A stretch of DNA of 64,000 nucleotides from an uncultured Poribacteria bacterium (GTDB taxonomy: Bacteria > Poribacteria > WGA-4E > WGA-3G), in the NCBI GenBank assembly GCA_951813565.1, contig OX638351.1, positions 3,936,001 through 4,000,000 of the forward strand, in the 5' to 3' direction. Positions 1 through 11,910 of the stretch are shown here, piece after piece. The notes below the pieces were generated by a model that saw nothing but the letters and a program-made list of their open reading frames with translations, ran no database searches and was not told the DNA's origin. Made by a program: the position numbers and the translations under genes. Every line of letters starts with the position of its first letter. Within the stretch, counting starts at the first letter, position 1.

Positions 1-35
1 AGGCGCCATCCGTTAAACCCTCGCTAAGTTCCCGT

Positions 36-386
36 TTGTCAGATTTTACGGTGAGGCCCCTATTAATCTTACGGGAACAGAAAGTAGCCAGTATATGTAT
101 TTTTACTTTTGCTGTAATTGCTATCGCGTTTTTCGTCGGCAATCCGTTTAACCCCGCACCCACATTCGAAGCGAGTCATACCGACTCAGCGGACGCACGC
201 ATTGAACAGTATAGACATCAGGATATTCAACGAAGTATGGAGGATGTTCTAAGAAAAAAACATCTCCGTAATTCAGATGAATGGGATACAGTCAGCGATC
301 TTAATCGCGTTAAAGACCACGCACAAGGCACCAATTGGGCAAATATTGCCAAAAAACAACTGAAAAGTGTTCATTCAGAACTTTGA
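36..386 (+). CDS. hypothetical membrane-anchored protein (start uncertain, at window edge)
   Basis: ORF with one hydrophobic segment; same strand as the downstream TPR gene. Confidence 0.45.
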   Translation: MSDFTVRPLLILREQKVASICIFTFAVIAIAFFVGNPFNPAPTFEASHTDSADARIEQYRHQDIQRSMEDVLRKKHLRNSDEWDTVSDLNRVKDHAQGTNWANIAKKQLKSVHSEL

Positions 387-432
387 ACATTGGAATTCCC
401 AGGTTAGTTGTTGAGCATTAAAAGAGTTTTAC

Positions 433-2409
433 GTGGAAAATTTGCAATTTACTCCTATTATTCATCGCGCTATATCATGTATGCTACTGTTGCTGTTGAT
501 GGTTTTATCCACGGCATACGCGCAGCTTGATGAAGTTACCTCTTTACTTGAGGAACAACATTATACGGAAGCTGCCACTAAGTTGGAGAAACTCGCTAAA
601 TCTTCAAAAGATATTGAAACCCAGAGTCGCTACTACTACCAACTCGGCGAGATCTATTACAACTATACACAGCAATATCCTGAAGCACTCAAGGCTTATG
701 AAAAGATTCTTGGGATGAAATCGGACGGGCTACCGATGGCTGAAATTTTTCTCGCATATATTAAAATCGGTGATGTGTACAGTCGGATGGGAAAATATGA
801 GAAGGCTGTTCAAAATTTCCATACACTTGTCAGCATGGCGCCAGAAACCCATTTCGTACATAAAATCGGATTACGTAAAATTCGAGACATTCGAACTGCA
901 CTAAAAAACTTACAGATTCAGGAAGAGATTGTCCGTAACTATAAAGGCACACCGTTAGAGGCGGTTGCACAATTTCAGATTGCTGAACTCTACCGCACGC
1001 ATTCTCAACTCAATCAACCTGAACGTGCCATCGTAGCATATCAGGTCTTACTTGATAAACACCCCACTGACAAATTAGCTGCTGAAACACAGTGGCGGAT
1101 CGCGCACTTAAGGCATACTGTATTACACCAATTGCCGTTAGCAATTGATGCTTACCAGAAAGTGGCAGACAATTTTCCAACAAGTAACTTCGCCGCAGAG
1201 GCTCTTTTTCATATTGCTAATCTTCATCGTGAGGCGGAGAAGTACGAAAACGCACTCACCGTATACGATACTATTTTAGAAAAACATCCGAACTTCTGGA
1301 ATATGCATGCAGTTTTTTATTGGTCAGGTATCTGCCATGAAGAAATTCAGAATTATACCAAAGCATGCAATGCATTTAAAATTTACCTTAACGTTTACCT
1401 ACCAAACTTAGAGCCGGTCTATCTTGGACAGATTGCGATGTATGATAAAAGTGTTGCGGAAGTGAGCGAACTACTTCGCGCTAAAATAGTTACACTAACG
1501 CAACTCATACCAAAGCAGGAATTTGAAAGGCTCGAAAAGACTGTGGAAGACGGCCACTACGATGAAGCTTCAAAAATTGCCCGTAATTTAATCGTCACTG
1601 TCCCAAATTCACAATTTGCCAAACGGGCTGCAGCACAACTCCGTTCAATTGAACACAATGCAGCGATTCAAAAACTCTTGGCACAAATTAAGGGCGGAGG
1701 TATAAACGCTGATGAGAAAGTCAGAACTCAACTACAAATTGCTACTATTTATGAGCGCAATTTGATGGATTATTCCAAAGCGGTTGATGCGTATAGAAAA
1801 ATATTCCAAGAACATCCTAAATTGCCTTATGCAGCTGAAGCGCGCTACCGTATAGGCATTATTTATGCGGATATACTTAAAAAACCAAATTCAGCACTTC
1901 AATCTTTCAACGCTATTATAAAACAACACCCAAATACCTTGCAAGCGATGATGGCAACTTTCCAAGTAGGTGAAATCTATAGGAAACTCCAGCGATTTGA
2001 TGAGGCATTGCAAGCCTATCAAACGACTATTAGTTATCCCGAACGCGAACTTTATCTGTCCGATGGATATAAAGACAGTTATGCAGATAGAGCACAATTT
2101 CGTATCGGCAGGGTTCACTTTGAAGACCAACGTTATGCTGATGCGCGCTTCGCTTTTGAGGAGTTTATCAAAAACCGCACCGAATCGCCACGGTTCGCTG
2201 CTGCACATATCTATTTAGCAGTAATGCACCAAGAAAGTGGAGAAAATGATGCGGCAGATGAGTATTACCGTAAAGCAGAAAGAATACTGACGAATAATCC
2301 TGTCCAGATTCAAATGGTTATTGATGAAGCAGGCACTCTTGGTTTCCAAAGTCCAGATACTGTCATTAAATTCCTACAAGATCGTCAAAAACGCCTTAAG
2401 TCCGAGTAG
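433..2409 (+). CDS. secreted tetratricopeptide-repeat protein
   Basis: signal peptide (LLLLLMVLSTAYA) followed by many TPR helical pairs (e.g. AQFQIAELY, AAEARYRIG, AQFRIGRVHF). Confidence 0.85.
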   Translation: MENLQFTPIIHRAISCMLLLLLMVLSTAYAQLDEVTSLLEEQHYTEAATKLEKLAKSSKDIETQSRYYYQLGEIYYNYTQQYPEALKAYEKILGMKSDGLPMAEIFLAYIKIGDVYSRMGKYEKAVQNFHTLVSMAPETHFVHKIGLRKIRDIRTALKNLQIQEEIVRNYKGTPLEAVAQFQIAELYRTHSQLNQPERAIVAYQVLLDKHPTDKLAAETQWRIAHLRHTVLHQLPLAIDAYQKVADNFPTSNFAAEALFHIANLHREAEKYENALTVYDTILEKHPNFWNMHAVFYWSGICHEEIQNYTKACNAFKIYLNVYLPNLEPVYLGQIAMYDKSVAEVSELLRAKIVTLTQLIPKQEFERLEKTVEDGHYDEASKIARNLIVTVPNSQFAKRAAAQLRSIEHNAAIQKLLAQIKGGGINADEKVRTQLQIATIYERNLMDYSKAVDAYRKIFQEHPKLPYAAEARYRIGIIYADILKKPNSALQSFNAIIKQHPNTLQAMMATFQVGEIYRKLQRFDEALQAYQTTISYPERELYLSDGYKDSYADRAQFRIGRVHFEDQRYADARFAFEEFIKNRTESPRFAAAHIYLAVMHQESGENDAADEYYRKAERILTNNPVQIQMVIDEAGTLGFQSPDTVIKFLQDRQKRLKSE

Positions 2410-2484
2410 CGTTCAAGTTTCGGTAGGCAAGATTTCTTAACCTTGCTGGTGCAGAGTGTCCAAGTAATTCTAAAATCTACTATA

Positions 2485-2635
2485 ATCCAAGTTGCCACCT
2501 ATTTGTGAACGCTCTTGTAGGAGGGGTTTCTAACCCCGATTTATATCAGAAAACGTCAGAATCAGCGAGAAATCCTTGTTTTTCAGTAAAAAACGGTGGA
2601 TGCCTGATCGAAATCTTGTAGATAGCAACTTGGGT
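2485..2635. mobile_element. IS982-related MITE
   Basis: ends ATCCAAGTTGCCACCTAT...GCAACTTGGGT resemble the IS982 end at 37377-37394; 7-bp direct repeat TACTATA on both sides; internal GTAG REP-like hairpin. Confidence 0.65.
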
Positions 2636-2668
2636 TACTATAGCATTAATCAGCGCGAAGTAATTCTC

Positions 2669-3358
2669 TTAACTCTGGAAACCTTCCAATAAAGTCCGCT
2701 GTTGTTCTGGTGAAAGTCTTTTGAACCCTTCCAACCAAATTTGCTTCCTCCTTTCGACAGACCGTTTCTGATCTTCAGCGGTTATCCGATCAAATTCTTT
2801 TTCGGCTTCTGCTGCGCGAGCCATATCCGCTGCCAATATTTCCGCTGCTTCTTCTGAATAAGAGGCGAGATTTCGAAGTGCTTCCTCCCGGCTTAACCTG
2901 GCGTTCTTAAGAGTTCTCGTTGCTGCTTCTAAAGAGGCTGAATCGCCAGATTTCAATGCTTCAGTGAATTTACTCAAAGCGGATTTATGTTCTATCTCAG
3001 ACTTCGCGTATGCTTCAAAAGCAGCACTTGCTGCAACATCCTCAGCAGAGGGCAATTGTTGAAGTTTCTGTTTTTGCTTCTTTTTATCGTCTAAAGTAGT
3101 ATTTCCACCAGTGTCGTTAGTCTTTTCAGAGTTTGAACCTTCTTTTTTGGCTTCTATTTCCGCCGCTGTATCACCCTTACCTGTTTTCTGTGTAGACTCA
3201 GGAACAGATGATTCTTTTTGGGGCTGGTTTTCTATTTGCAAAGTGTTCTTAGATGCACCATTGAGTTCTTCTGGATCAGAACGCTGATGTCCGAAATACA
3301 AAAGAGCAGCCCCTATAAAGCAAAAAACTGGACAAGTTGGAATGATAAACTTTTTCAT
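2669..3358 (-). CDS. hypothetical membrane-anchored/secreted protein
   Basis: N-terminal hydrophobic segment, helical charged body, RBS AAGGAG upstream. Confidence 0.6.
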   Translation of the reverse strand: MKKFIIPTCPVFCFIGAALLYFGHQRSDPEELNGASKNTLQIENQPQKESSVPESTQKTGKGDTAAEIEAKKEGSNSEKTNDTGGNTTLDDKKKQKQKLQQLPSAEDVAASAAFEAYAKSEIEHKSALSKFTEALKSGDSASLEAATRTLKNARLSREEALRNLASYSEEAAEILAADMARAAEAEKEFDRITAEDQKRSVERRKQIWLEGFKRLSPEQQRTLLEGFQS

Positions 3359-3989
3359 CTTATTACTCCTTTTGACTTAGATGGCGACTATGTATAAAGA
3401 TTATATGATTGTTTTTAACATCCTGCAATATTATTCATCTTTCTTTTTAAGTGGAATGTGGAACATCCCAAGACGATTGGTTGCAATGTAAAACCTACCA
3501 TTACTAACAACAAGGTCACGTACTCTATCTGGTACTTCTTGCCAGCTCAGTTCCCATATACCTTGATTGTCTAATTTATAGATGCCTGCGTCACATACAC
3601 CATAAACCTCGGTGCTGGCGATTGCTAAACAGTCCATTACAATTCGATCCCCATTGTCATCGGTAAGTACTACCCACTTTTCACCATCATCTGAAGTTAA
3701 TACACCATTATCAGTCCCAACATAAATCGTTGAACCCGCAAAAATTATCTCATTGAAAAGGTTAAAGGAAACGGGAAGATTTGTGGTAACATCATTCCAT
3801 CTGTTTCCACCATCAAGCGATTGAAAGAGACGACCATCCCGCTTTCCGACATAGACTGTTTCATCTGAAACAGCGATTCGGAATCCTTCCCTACCGTAAG
3901 GACGTTGTTCACCGGCATCCATTAAACCTGTAGTGGACCATGTTGAGCTGCCGGGTTTCCATTTGAAAAGTTCGCGTTTATATTCTAAG

Positions 3990-5079
3990 CAGGACTTACG
4001 CATTTTTATAAAATGGTGTATACTATTCTATTATGATTACATTTTCCCACTCTCAAAAGAAGGAAAACCTATTTTCCGATTATTGTCAGTTTTTGATAGC
4101 AAGTGTCACGAATTGGACACAAACCTACTTTGCTGATCATATAGAGAAATGGAGCCACGATCAACTCAATCGTTTTTTGAGAAATGAAAACATTCCTTCC
4201 AACGAACTCTGGCAATCCGTAAAGGATGACATTGAGTATGATGATGAAGGATACATAGTTTTTGATGATTTTGTGCTTCCTAAACTCCATGCCAAAGAGA
4301 TTGAAGCCCTGCGTTCTCAATGGAGTGGTAGCGACAAAAAAGTCGTTGTAGGCATCGGTATTGTCACGTGTCTTTATGTCAATCCAAAGACGCAAGAATA
4401 TTGGATCATTGATTATCGTATTTTTGACAAAGATCATGATGGTAAAACCAAAATAGACCATTTACTGGAAATGTTGCACAATGTCTACTTGAAAAAACAA
4501 CTCCCGTTTCGGACTGTGCTCATGGATGCTTGGTATGCGTCAATGAAAGTCATCAAAGCGATTGAAAAACTTTCCAAGATTTACTATGTGCCTCTCAAGC
4601 GTAATCGTCTTGTCAATGATACGGATGGTGTTGAACAACACCAACAAGTCCAAGATTTATGTTGGACCCAAACAGAAATACGACAAGGAAAACGAGTGCA
4701 CATCAATAAGTTTCCAAATGGACATCAAGTGAAGTTGTTCCGGATAGCGTCCTCTAACGGACACACGGTATATATCGCTACAAACGATTTATCTCAATCA
4801 GATGCGGATGCCACAATCCAAGAATGTAAAGTGCGTTGGAAGATTGAGCAATTTCATCGTGAGATCAAACAAGTCACTGGTATTGGTAAATGTCAATGTC
4901 GCAAGTTGCGTGCGCAAAGAAATCATATTGCGTGTTGTTTTCAAGTATGGGTCTGTTTGACACGCACTGCCCGTGCAGTTGGTAGAACAATTTATGAGCT
5001 TAAAGATAGCTTATTGGACGATTATTTACGACATCAACTCTCAAATCCTTCAATAATCTTCAAGACTGCGTAAGTCCTG
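3990..5079 (+). mobile_element. IS701-like insertion sequence
   Basis: 13-bp perfect TIRs CAGGACTTACGCA / TGCGTAAGTCCTG; 7-bp TSD TTCTAAG (3983-3989, 5080-5086). Confidence 0.9.
4033..5073 (+). CDS. IS701-family DDE transposase
   Basis: SHDQLNRFL, IVFDD, LMDAWY and RWKIEQFHREIKQ motifs. Confidence 0.85.
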   Translation: MITFSHSQKKENLFSDYCQFLIASVTNWTQTYFADHIEKWSHDQLNRFLRNENIPSNELWQSVKDDIEYDDEGYIVFDDFVLPKLHAKEIEALRSQWSGSDKKVVVGIGIVTCLYVNPKTQEYWIIDYRIFDKDHDGKTKIDHLLEMLHNVYLKKQLPFRTVLMDAWYASMKVIKAIEKLSKIYYVPLKRNRLVNDTDGVEQHQQVQDLCWTQTEIRQGKRVHINKFPNGHQVKLFRIASSNGHTVYIATNDLSQSDADATIQECKVRWKIEQFHREIKQVTGIGKCQCRKLRAQRNHIACCFQVWVCLTRTARAVGRTIYELKDSLLDDYLRHQLSNPSIIFKTA

Positions 5080-7851
5080 TTCTAAGTAAAAATTCTCACC
5101 ACTTGCAACAAACTCCCCTAATGCAATTTCTCCTTTTTCCATAAGGTTAACGTAATCATCTAAGGCACGAGAATACTCATCCAAACTCTGTATTTGATCC
5201 TTTAACTGTTCTAAACTCTGAACATTCTCTTTAGGTGTAGGAGACAAATCTTCTCTAATATTCAGCGGTCTGTCTTTTGCATTTTCTTTTTTTTCATCTC
5301 TATCATCTGGGACATTAACATTGATATCCCCAGTAAAAGGGGGAATTCCTTCAACAAACATAAGTTTATTCTCATTGGCAAATAATCGCGCAACACGCAT
5401 ACCACTCTTTTCTGGCACGAGTGCAAAGAAGGTGTCACTTGCAATTGCTAACTTCTGACCAAAATGAGCAAAAATGTCACTCGTACCGCTTCTTTTGTTA
5501 TTGCCAAGTGTGTCCGCACTTGAATCAACATGAATTAGGTTCCACGATTCGCCACCGTCGGTTGATTTAAGAATATCCTCATTGGAGTAGCTGTAGAGTT
5601 GATTTTTATACGTAACTAAATTCCGTCTCGTGGTGCCTGGCATTCCTTTCATAAAGAGATGCCAAGATTCTCCGCCATTAATCGTTCGATAGATACCAGC
5701 ACCTTTTACTTTGTAAAAAGTATTTTCATTTACTGCAACAACAGGGTGGGAACTTAATGTGTACGACTCTGGCGCCTCTCTGAAGACCTGCCAAGTCTGC
5801 CCTCCATTTTTGGATCGGAGTCCAAAATTATTTCCTAATACAAGAAGCGTATTATCTGCAGCCAAAACCTTAATATTAGCTAAACCAATTTTGCTAAACC
5901 TGTCTTTTGGTGTTATTTCTATCCATGAATCTCCTAAATCAGGAGAATAGAAAACTCCCCACAGATAATTGTAGCCAGTCATTAATTCAACAGATTTTAC
6001 CAAATATGTTTCTGATTCCTTAGATGGATAATCGGATTTTGTGCCAACATACAAATTGTTTTCAAAGACTTCCATTGAGGTGATTTTATTTGATGGATCT
6101 ATTGATAATCTTTCCCAGGCACCCGCACTGAGGCGAAAAAGCCCTCGGTCTGTTCCAGCAAATACTGTGTTTCCAATTGAAGTTATTGCTGAAATTGTTC
6201 TGTCGTTCAAGCCATCGTTTAAAGGAAACCACTGTTTACCAACATCAGTTGAATGAAAAATCCCATTTTTGATAGCAAAGTAAAACACGTCATCTGTAAT
6301 TACTAATCCGATAGCTTGTCCTTTTGGGCGTGGACCGAGGGTATGCCACGTCACACCATCATCAGTTGAAGCATATACTTCATCCGTTGAGACAATATAG
6401 AGTATACCGTTTGCCTCTGCCATAGGCATCCGCATTCCACCAGTCGGCACGGTGTTGTTAATTAACGTCCACTGAACCGCATCCGCTGTCAATTGATAGA
6501 TACCTGTAGGGGACACAGCATAATATTTTCCTTCAGATGTAAGAAATATTTCATGTACTTTACCGCCTTGTGGACCACTCGCTTGAGTCCATTTCTGTGT
6601 TAATTTGTTAGAGGTTGCAGAATCCTCTTGGACTTCTGCAAATAAAACAGCATTGGTACCCTTTTGATTATTCTTGGGCCCTTCGCTGGAAATAGCAGCT
6701 CCTGCAACCTGATGTCGCACATCAAATATTGACAGAACATCAACAACTGGTGCATCAACGACTTCAACAGCGGTTTCTGACTGTGCTTCTAAATTATAAG
6801 GCTTCTGAAAACGGGTGAGATAACGATCACTTGCACCGAGCATCAGAATGAGCAAAACAACGGTTGAACTCAAAGCTGCCCACGGCAGCAAAGGTTTTCC
6901 AACTGAAGCAGGAACTGGTTTAGTGGTAGCAATTTGCTTCGCTATATTCTCAGTAAAGTTTGCAGGTAGTTGGACACTACCAAATGTTTTACGAATCATG
7001 GGAACCTCCGTCTTTAAACGTCTTCGGGCGCGGCTAAGACGACTCTTAATTGTATTCACTGACACACCTAAAAACCTGCTAATTGCTTCACACTTCATCT
7101 CTCCGAGGTAGTGAAGTATCATCACTGTACGTTCGCTTTCCGGCAGTTTTTCCAACAGTCTTCTGACCAGTTCTCGGCGGTATTCAGTTGCCGCTTCCTC
7201 ACGTTGTTCCGAGAGATACTGCCCATAAGCATATCTTTCTAATGTTATTCCACTGGTTGCTTCAAGCGATTGAATCTTCGGTTTCTGTTTTCGAAGCCAT
7301 GCTGTGCAAAGCCTATTAGCAATTACATAAAGCCATCCAGCAAACTGGCTCGGTTTCTTTAGTGTGGAGAGTTTCCTGTGTACTTGGAGGAAAGTATCTT
7401 GGGTAATTTCTTCTGCAATTTGGAAATCCCCTATTTTTCCCCATACTAAGGCGTGAACGCTCTTTTGGTATTTTTTTACTAAAGTCGTGAAAGCAGCTTC
7501 ATCGCCAGACAAGATACTATCAATTAGTTGAACATCATCTTTTTCCATCAGAGTCCCCGAATAAAAGTAAAATTTGATTGTTAGTGACGCGATTTAGATG
7601 AGAAAAGGTTGCACGATTGTCAAAATTCGTAAAAAAGATGAATTTATTAGGTGGTTTTAGTTTTGGATGGTTTTTCTACGGGATAAACACAGTTACTCTA
7701 CCATTATAAACGGAAATATCATTAATTCTATAGACAAAAACGAAGCTATCTGTTAAAATAAATTTATACCGAACTTAAGATTAGACAACGGACTTGTAAA
7801 TGCGTTCTATTAAATTCTTTCAAGCACTCGTAAACTGGGAGGAAAAGGCAT

Positions 7852-8682
7852 TTGTCAGCCGAAATTCTTAACGGCACTCGCCTCGCTCAGCGCATCCGTA
7901 GCCAAATTCGAAAAAAACTAAAAAAACTAAAATTTACGCCAGGACTCGCTGTCATCCAAGTTGGTGATGATCCCGCATCTACCATATATATCAAACACAA
8001 ACAACGCGATTGTGAAAAAGTACATTTCCACTCAGAAGTCCACCGACTCTCCTCCGAGATAACTCAGCAGACACTTATTCAAAAAGTTGTAGAATTAAAC
8101 ACTCGCGAAGATGTCCACGGTATTTTAGTGCAAATGCCACTGCCAGATACAATTGACGAACAAGTAGTCATAGATGCAATCGTGCCTGATAAGGATGTAG
8201 ATGGATTAACACCTTTCAATTTAGGTAATCTATTTATCAATCGGGAAGGAGTTACACCCTGCACGCCAACAGGAATCATCAAACTTATTGAATTTACTGA
8301 AGAACCAATTGAAGGTAAACAAGCGGTCTGTGTAGGTAGAAGCCATCTCGTTGGAAAACCTGTCGGCGTGATGCTTCTCAACCGGAACGCTACCGTCACA
8401 TACTGCCATTCACGCACCAAAAATCTTGCAGAGGTGACAAAAGAAGCGGATATTCTTGTTGCTGCAATTGGAAAACCTGAATTTATTACAGCGGATATGG
8501 TCAAACCGGGGGCAACTGTCATTGATGTTGGTATCAACTCCGTTGATAATCGTCTTGTCGGTGATGTCAAATTTGATGAAGTAAAAGAGGTAGCTGGGTT
8601 TATTACCCCTGTCCCAGGCGGTGTTGGGCCGCTAACACGCGCAATGCTGCTGGAAAATACGCTGAAATTAGCAAGTAGATAA
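7852..8682 (+). CDS. folD: bifunctional methylenetetrahydrofolate dehydrogenase/cyclohydrolase
   Basis: GDDPAS, GILVQMPLP, KDVDG, PCTP, ITPVPGGVGP motifs. Confidence 0.97.
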   Translation: MSAEILNGTRLAQRIRSQIRKKLKKLKFTPGLAVIQVGDDPASTIYIKHKQRDCEKVHFHSEVHRLSSEITQQTLIQKVVELNTREDVHGILVQMPLPDTIDEQVVIDAIVPDKDVDGLTPFNLGNLFINREGVTPCTPTGIIKLIEFTEEPIEGKQAVCVGRSHLVGKPVGVMLLNRNATVTYCHSRTKNLAEVTKEADILVAAIGKPEFITADMVKPGATVIDVGINSVDNRLVGDVKFDEVKEVAGFITPVPGGVGPLTRAMLLENTLKLASR

Positions 8683-8723
8683 ACAGATTCTGTTTTCGGA
8701 AAAAACCGAATAGTCTTAGACAA

Positions 8724-9500
8724 ATGGAGGATTTTATGGCATTTCCAGGATTTGAATTGAATGATAAGGTTATGTTAATTACAGGTTCCGGTAAAGGTAT
8801 CGGCAGAGGCATAGCCCTCGCCGCCTCGCAAATGGGAGCAAAGGTTATCTTGAACAGTCGAACTCGCTCCGATCTTGATGAAGTCGCGGAAGAAATTCGC
8901 GCAAATGGCGGTGAAGCAGAACCGGTTGTGTTTGATGTAAGCGACATGAAGTCTGTTGCGGAAGGCGCACAAGCTGCTATTGACGTGTGGGGAAGAGTTG
9001 ATGTCCTTGTCAATAATGCTGGAACAAATCGCCCAAAACCCGCATTGGAACTCACTGAAGAGGATTGGGATGCAATCTACGATCTTAATCTTAAAGGTCT
9101 CTTTTTCCTAACGCAAACACTTGTCAAACCGATGATTGAGCGGGAGAGCGGTAAAATTATCAATATCTCCTCTACCATGGGTTTAGTTGGCGGACCGTTA
9201 CGGACTGCTTATTCCGGTAGCAAGGGTGGGGTTGTTTTATTAACGAAAGGACTCGCCGTGGAATGGGCACCGCATAATGTTACCGTCAACGCTGTCGCTC
9301 CCGCATTCACGCGCACACCACTTGCAGATGTTCTGCTGCAGCGGAAGGAATTCTACGAGGATGTCGTCCGCCGTATTCCTATGGGACGCGTTGGTGAAGT
9401 AGACGAAGTTGTTGGTGCTGTACTATTCTTAGCTTCGGACGCAGCAAATTGGGTCACTGGACAAACCATCGCTGTTGATGGCGGTTGGGTTGCATGGTAG
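8724..9500 (+). CDS. short-chain dehydrogenase/reductase
   Basis: TGSGKGIG, NNAG, YSGSK catalytic motif, VDGG. Confidence 0.92.
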   Translation: MEDFMAFPGFELNDKVMLITGSGKGIGRGIALAASQMGAKVILNSRTRSDLDEVAEEIRANGGEAEPVVFDVSDMKSVAEGAQAAIDVWGRVDVLVNNAGTNRPKPALELTEEDWDAIYDLNLKGLFFLTQTLVKPMIERESGKIINISSTMGLVGGPLRTAYSGSKGGVVLLTKGLAVEWAPHNVTVNAVAPAFTRTPLADVLLQRKEFYEDVVRRIPMGRVGEVDEVVGAVLFLASDAANWVTGQTIAVDGGWVAW

Positions 9501-9867
9501 TTCACACTTATTCCGAATATCTTAGTGGGGCGAGTATATTACATGCCCCACGACCTCTATCTCCTTCCCTATATTAAACTACTCAATATTCCGTTCTTTT
9601 CCTTGCAAAACCATACTTTGTAGTGTATAATTTTCAAGATAGTAGATATTAAATTTGTGCTGATTATGACTACTCTAACAATTTCTATCGTAAACCTTAC
9701 AATAATGGTTAAAACCAAAACAAAGACAAACCGTTAGAAATTATCTCAAATTCGAAATAGCAGAATTTTTAGTTATAGGGTAGATTTTGATTAGCCATAT
9801 TCAATATCAATTTTAAAATTTTAGTAAATCAAATAGAATCTTTTTTAGGTTAGGAGATATATATATA

Positions 9868-11910
9868 GTGAAACGTTTTTTTGTTTTAGCTGGGATTGCC
9901 ATCGTAATTCTATGCCAGTTGAGTTGTTCATCAGATGAAGAACAAGCAAAGATTGAGAATCCAGCGATCGCCGATGCTGCAGATGGGTTTATCGCTGCAC
10001 CAGTGGTTGGTGAAATTAAACTCGAAAGCATGTATGAAGATGAGGTCCGCAGACTTGCTACAAAAACGCCTATTGAAATTATTACTGCCATTGAAGGCAC
10101 AAGTAAGATAATAGTTGAGGCAGAATTTCGCAGGGTTCAACCCTCCGGTTTTGGGTTTCCACTTTATGAATGTGTGTTGACAGACGAGGCGGTTACAGCG
10201 ATGGGCGGTCTCGCGCAAGGTATGTCTGGAAGTCCGGTTGGTACTTCTGGACGGGTATTTGGCGCACTTGCGTATGGTGAGGCGTGGGCAAAAGCACCGT
10301 ATCGGTTTTGGGTAACACCTATTGATGCGATGGAGGCTACATTGAATCACCACACATTTGGAGAATTCCTGAACCCGCCTGCCGCGCCCGGTGCGGTTGT
10401 TAACTCCACTTATGCCGCTGTGAAAACACCTATTACCTTATCTGGAGTTAGTCCAGATAGATTACAACAACTCTCTTCGCACCTCGCCGATACACAATTC
10501 AATAATGTTGAATTCTTTTCCCGAATCGGTGGTGCCCCCGCAGCCCCACCTGCCAATGCCTCGTTGAATCTTTCAGCAGGTGACATGATAGGTGTCGCTA
10601 TTGTAACGGGTGATGTTGTCAACAGTATGGGTTTTGGGACTGTGACACAGGTTTATGGTGATAAATTTGTTGCATTTGGTCATGATATGTTCCGTGACGG
10701 AAAAGCATCTTTACCAGTATACAGAGCTGTTGTCGACGGAATTGTCCCAAGTACACAGATAGCCTATAAATCCGCAACGGCTTACGGAAATCCGATCGGG
10801 ACAGTAACAAAAGACCTCAGAGCTGGAATTGTTGGCGAACTTGGTAAATTACCTCCAATGATACCTGTTACGGTTACTTATCAACCTGTCAATAGTCCCG
10901 CGCCAATTCAAACACACCACAAAGTGGCTTATGGACAAGAATGGGCAATACCAGTTGTCGCTGCTACAACCTTAGATGCAATTCGTAGTGAGATTAGTGC
11001 AGGAACTATTGAGGCAAAAGTAGCGATTAGTTTTAAAGAGACTGAAAATGTTTATACTGAATCATTCCGGAGCATTTCACCGGATCCGTTTGAAGCCGTA
11101 TTGGAAAACATGGATGTAATTGTTCAGTCATTTACAGACATACTTGCAAATGGGGCAGGTAGAGCTACAATAGATGAGATAAACATCTCTCTCATCGACA
11201 TTCCGAACATTCTCCATACAGAGATTACTGATATACATGTCATAGGGGAAGTCAAGCAGGGTGAAGAAGCTACCTTCGTGTTAGAGATGCTTCCGCACTG
11301 GAGTGCTGCAGGAAGAAACCGCAAGATGTACAGAGAAGTGAAACTTCAGATACCTGAGCATTTTGTTACCGGGCCAGCCAGCTTATCTATAGCCGCTGTG
11401 ACTGAATATGGCTTTAATCCGTTCAGTAATCCATTCGCCCCACCACCAGAAAGTTTAGATAAACTGATTGGACAACTAAAAGATACGCAGTTTGATAAAG
11501 GATTAGTCCTTGTGACGCTTGCTACATTGGAGGAGGAGCCTGAACAAATAGATCCTGCTTTAGAGGCATTTTTTGAAGAGTTCTTTGAAGCGTTTTTTAC
11601 AGATTTATTTGATACCCAACCTGAAGATGGCGATACCCAGCCTGAAGATGGAGAACTTCCGCCAGAAAATGGTGAATCTCCGCCAGAAAATGGTGAATCT
11701 CCGCCTGAAGATGGTGAGATAGTTGAAATAATTGATGAAGAAGAGTTGATGGATGATCTGGCACCAGCCCCGCGTCCGATACCTATTACTGGAACAGCAT
11801 TGCTTGTCAACCGCTTTATCGTAACAGGTGAAACAGAGGTAGAAATAGAAGTTCTCCCAGCAGTAGTTGAAGCTGAACCAGAAGCAGAGACTGATGCTGA
11901 AGTTGAGTAA
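9868..11910 (+). CDS. SpoIVB/peptidase S55-domain lipoprotein with acidic tail
   Basis: lipobox-like LSC, GMSGSPV serine motif, FVAFGH. Confidence 0.8.
   Translation: MKRFFVLAGIAIVILCQLSCSSDEEQAKIENPAIADAADGFIAAPVVGEIKLESMYEDEVRRLATKTPIEIITAIEGTSKIIVEAEFRRVQPSGFGFPLYECVLTDEAVTAMGGLAQGMSGSPVGTSGRVFGALAYGEAWAKAPYRFWVTPIDAMEATLNHHTFGEFLNPPAAPGAVVNSTYAAVKTPITLSGVSPDRLQQLSSHLADTQFNNVEFFSRIGGAPAAPPANASLNLSAGDMIGVAIVTGDVVNSMGFGTVTQVYGDKFVAFGHDMFRDGKASLPVYRAVVDGIVPSTQIAYKSATAYGNPIGTVTKDLRAGIVGELGKLPPMIPVTVTYQPVNSPAPIQTHHKVAYGQEWAIPVVAATTLDAIRSEISAGTIEAKVAISFKETENVYTESFRSISPDPFEAVLENMDVIVQSFTDILANGAGRATIDEINISLIDIPNILHTEITDIHVIGEVKQGEEATFVLEMLPHWSAAGRNRKMYREVKLQIPEHFVTGPASLSIAAVTEYGFNPFSNPFAPPPESLDKLIGQLKDTQFDKGLVLVTLATLEEEPEQIDPALEAFFEEFFEAFFTDLFDTQPEDGDTQPEDGELPPENGESPPENGESPPEDGEIVEIIDEEELMDDLAPAPRPIPITGTALLVNRFIVTGETEVEIEVLPAVVEAEPEAETDAEVE
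11611..11715 (+). repeat. 21-bp in-frame tandem repeat (~5 units; DTQPEDG/ESPPENG)
   Basis: directly visible in DNA and protein. Confidence 0.85.

Larger units (their letters stand above)
3431..7548 (-). pseudogene. ECF sigma-70 factor fused to TM segment and BNR/beta-propeller domain, split by IS insertion
   Basis: N-terminal ECF regions 2/4 (AEEITQDTFL, FAGWLYVIA, TIKSRLSRARRRL); repeated SxDxGxxW BNR motifs; removing IS 3990-5079 plus one TSD rejoins ...ENFYLE|YKRELFKW in frame (~1006 aa). Confidence 0.85.

Noticed and set aside
8079..8723. Long antisense ORFs over folD and other genes
   Set aside because: They are shadow frames of well-supported genes on the opposite strand.
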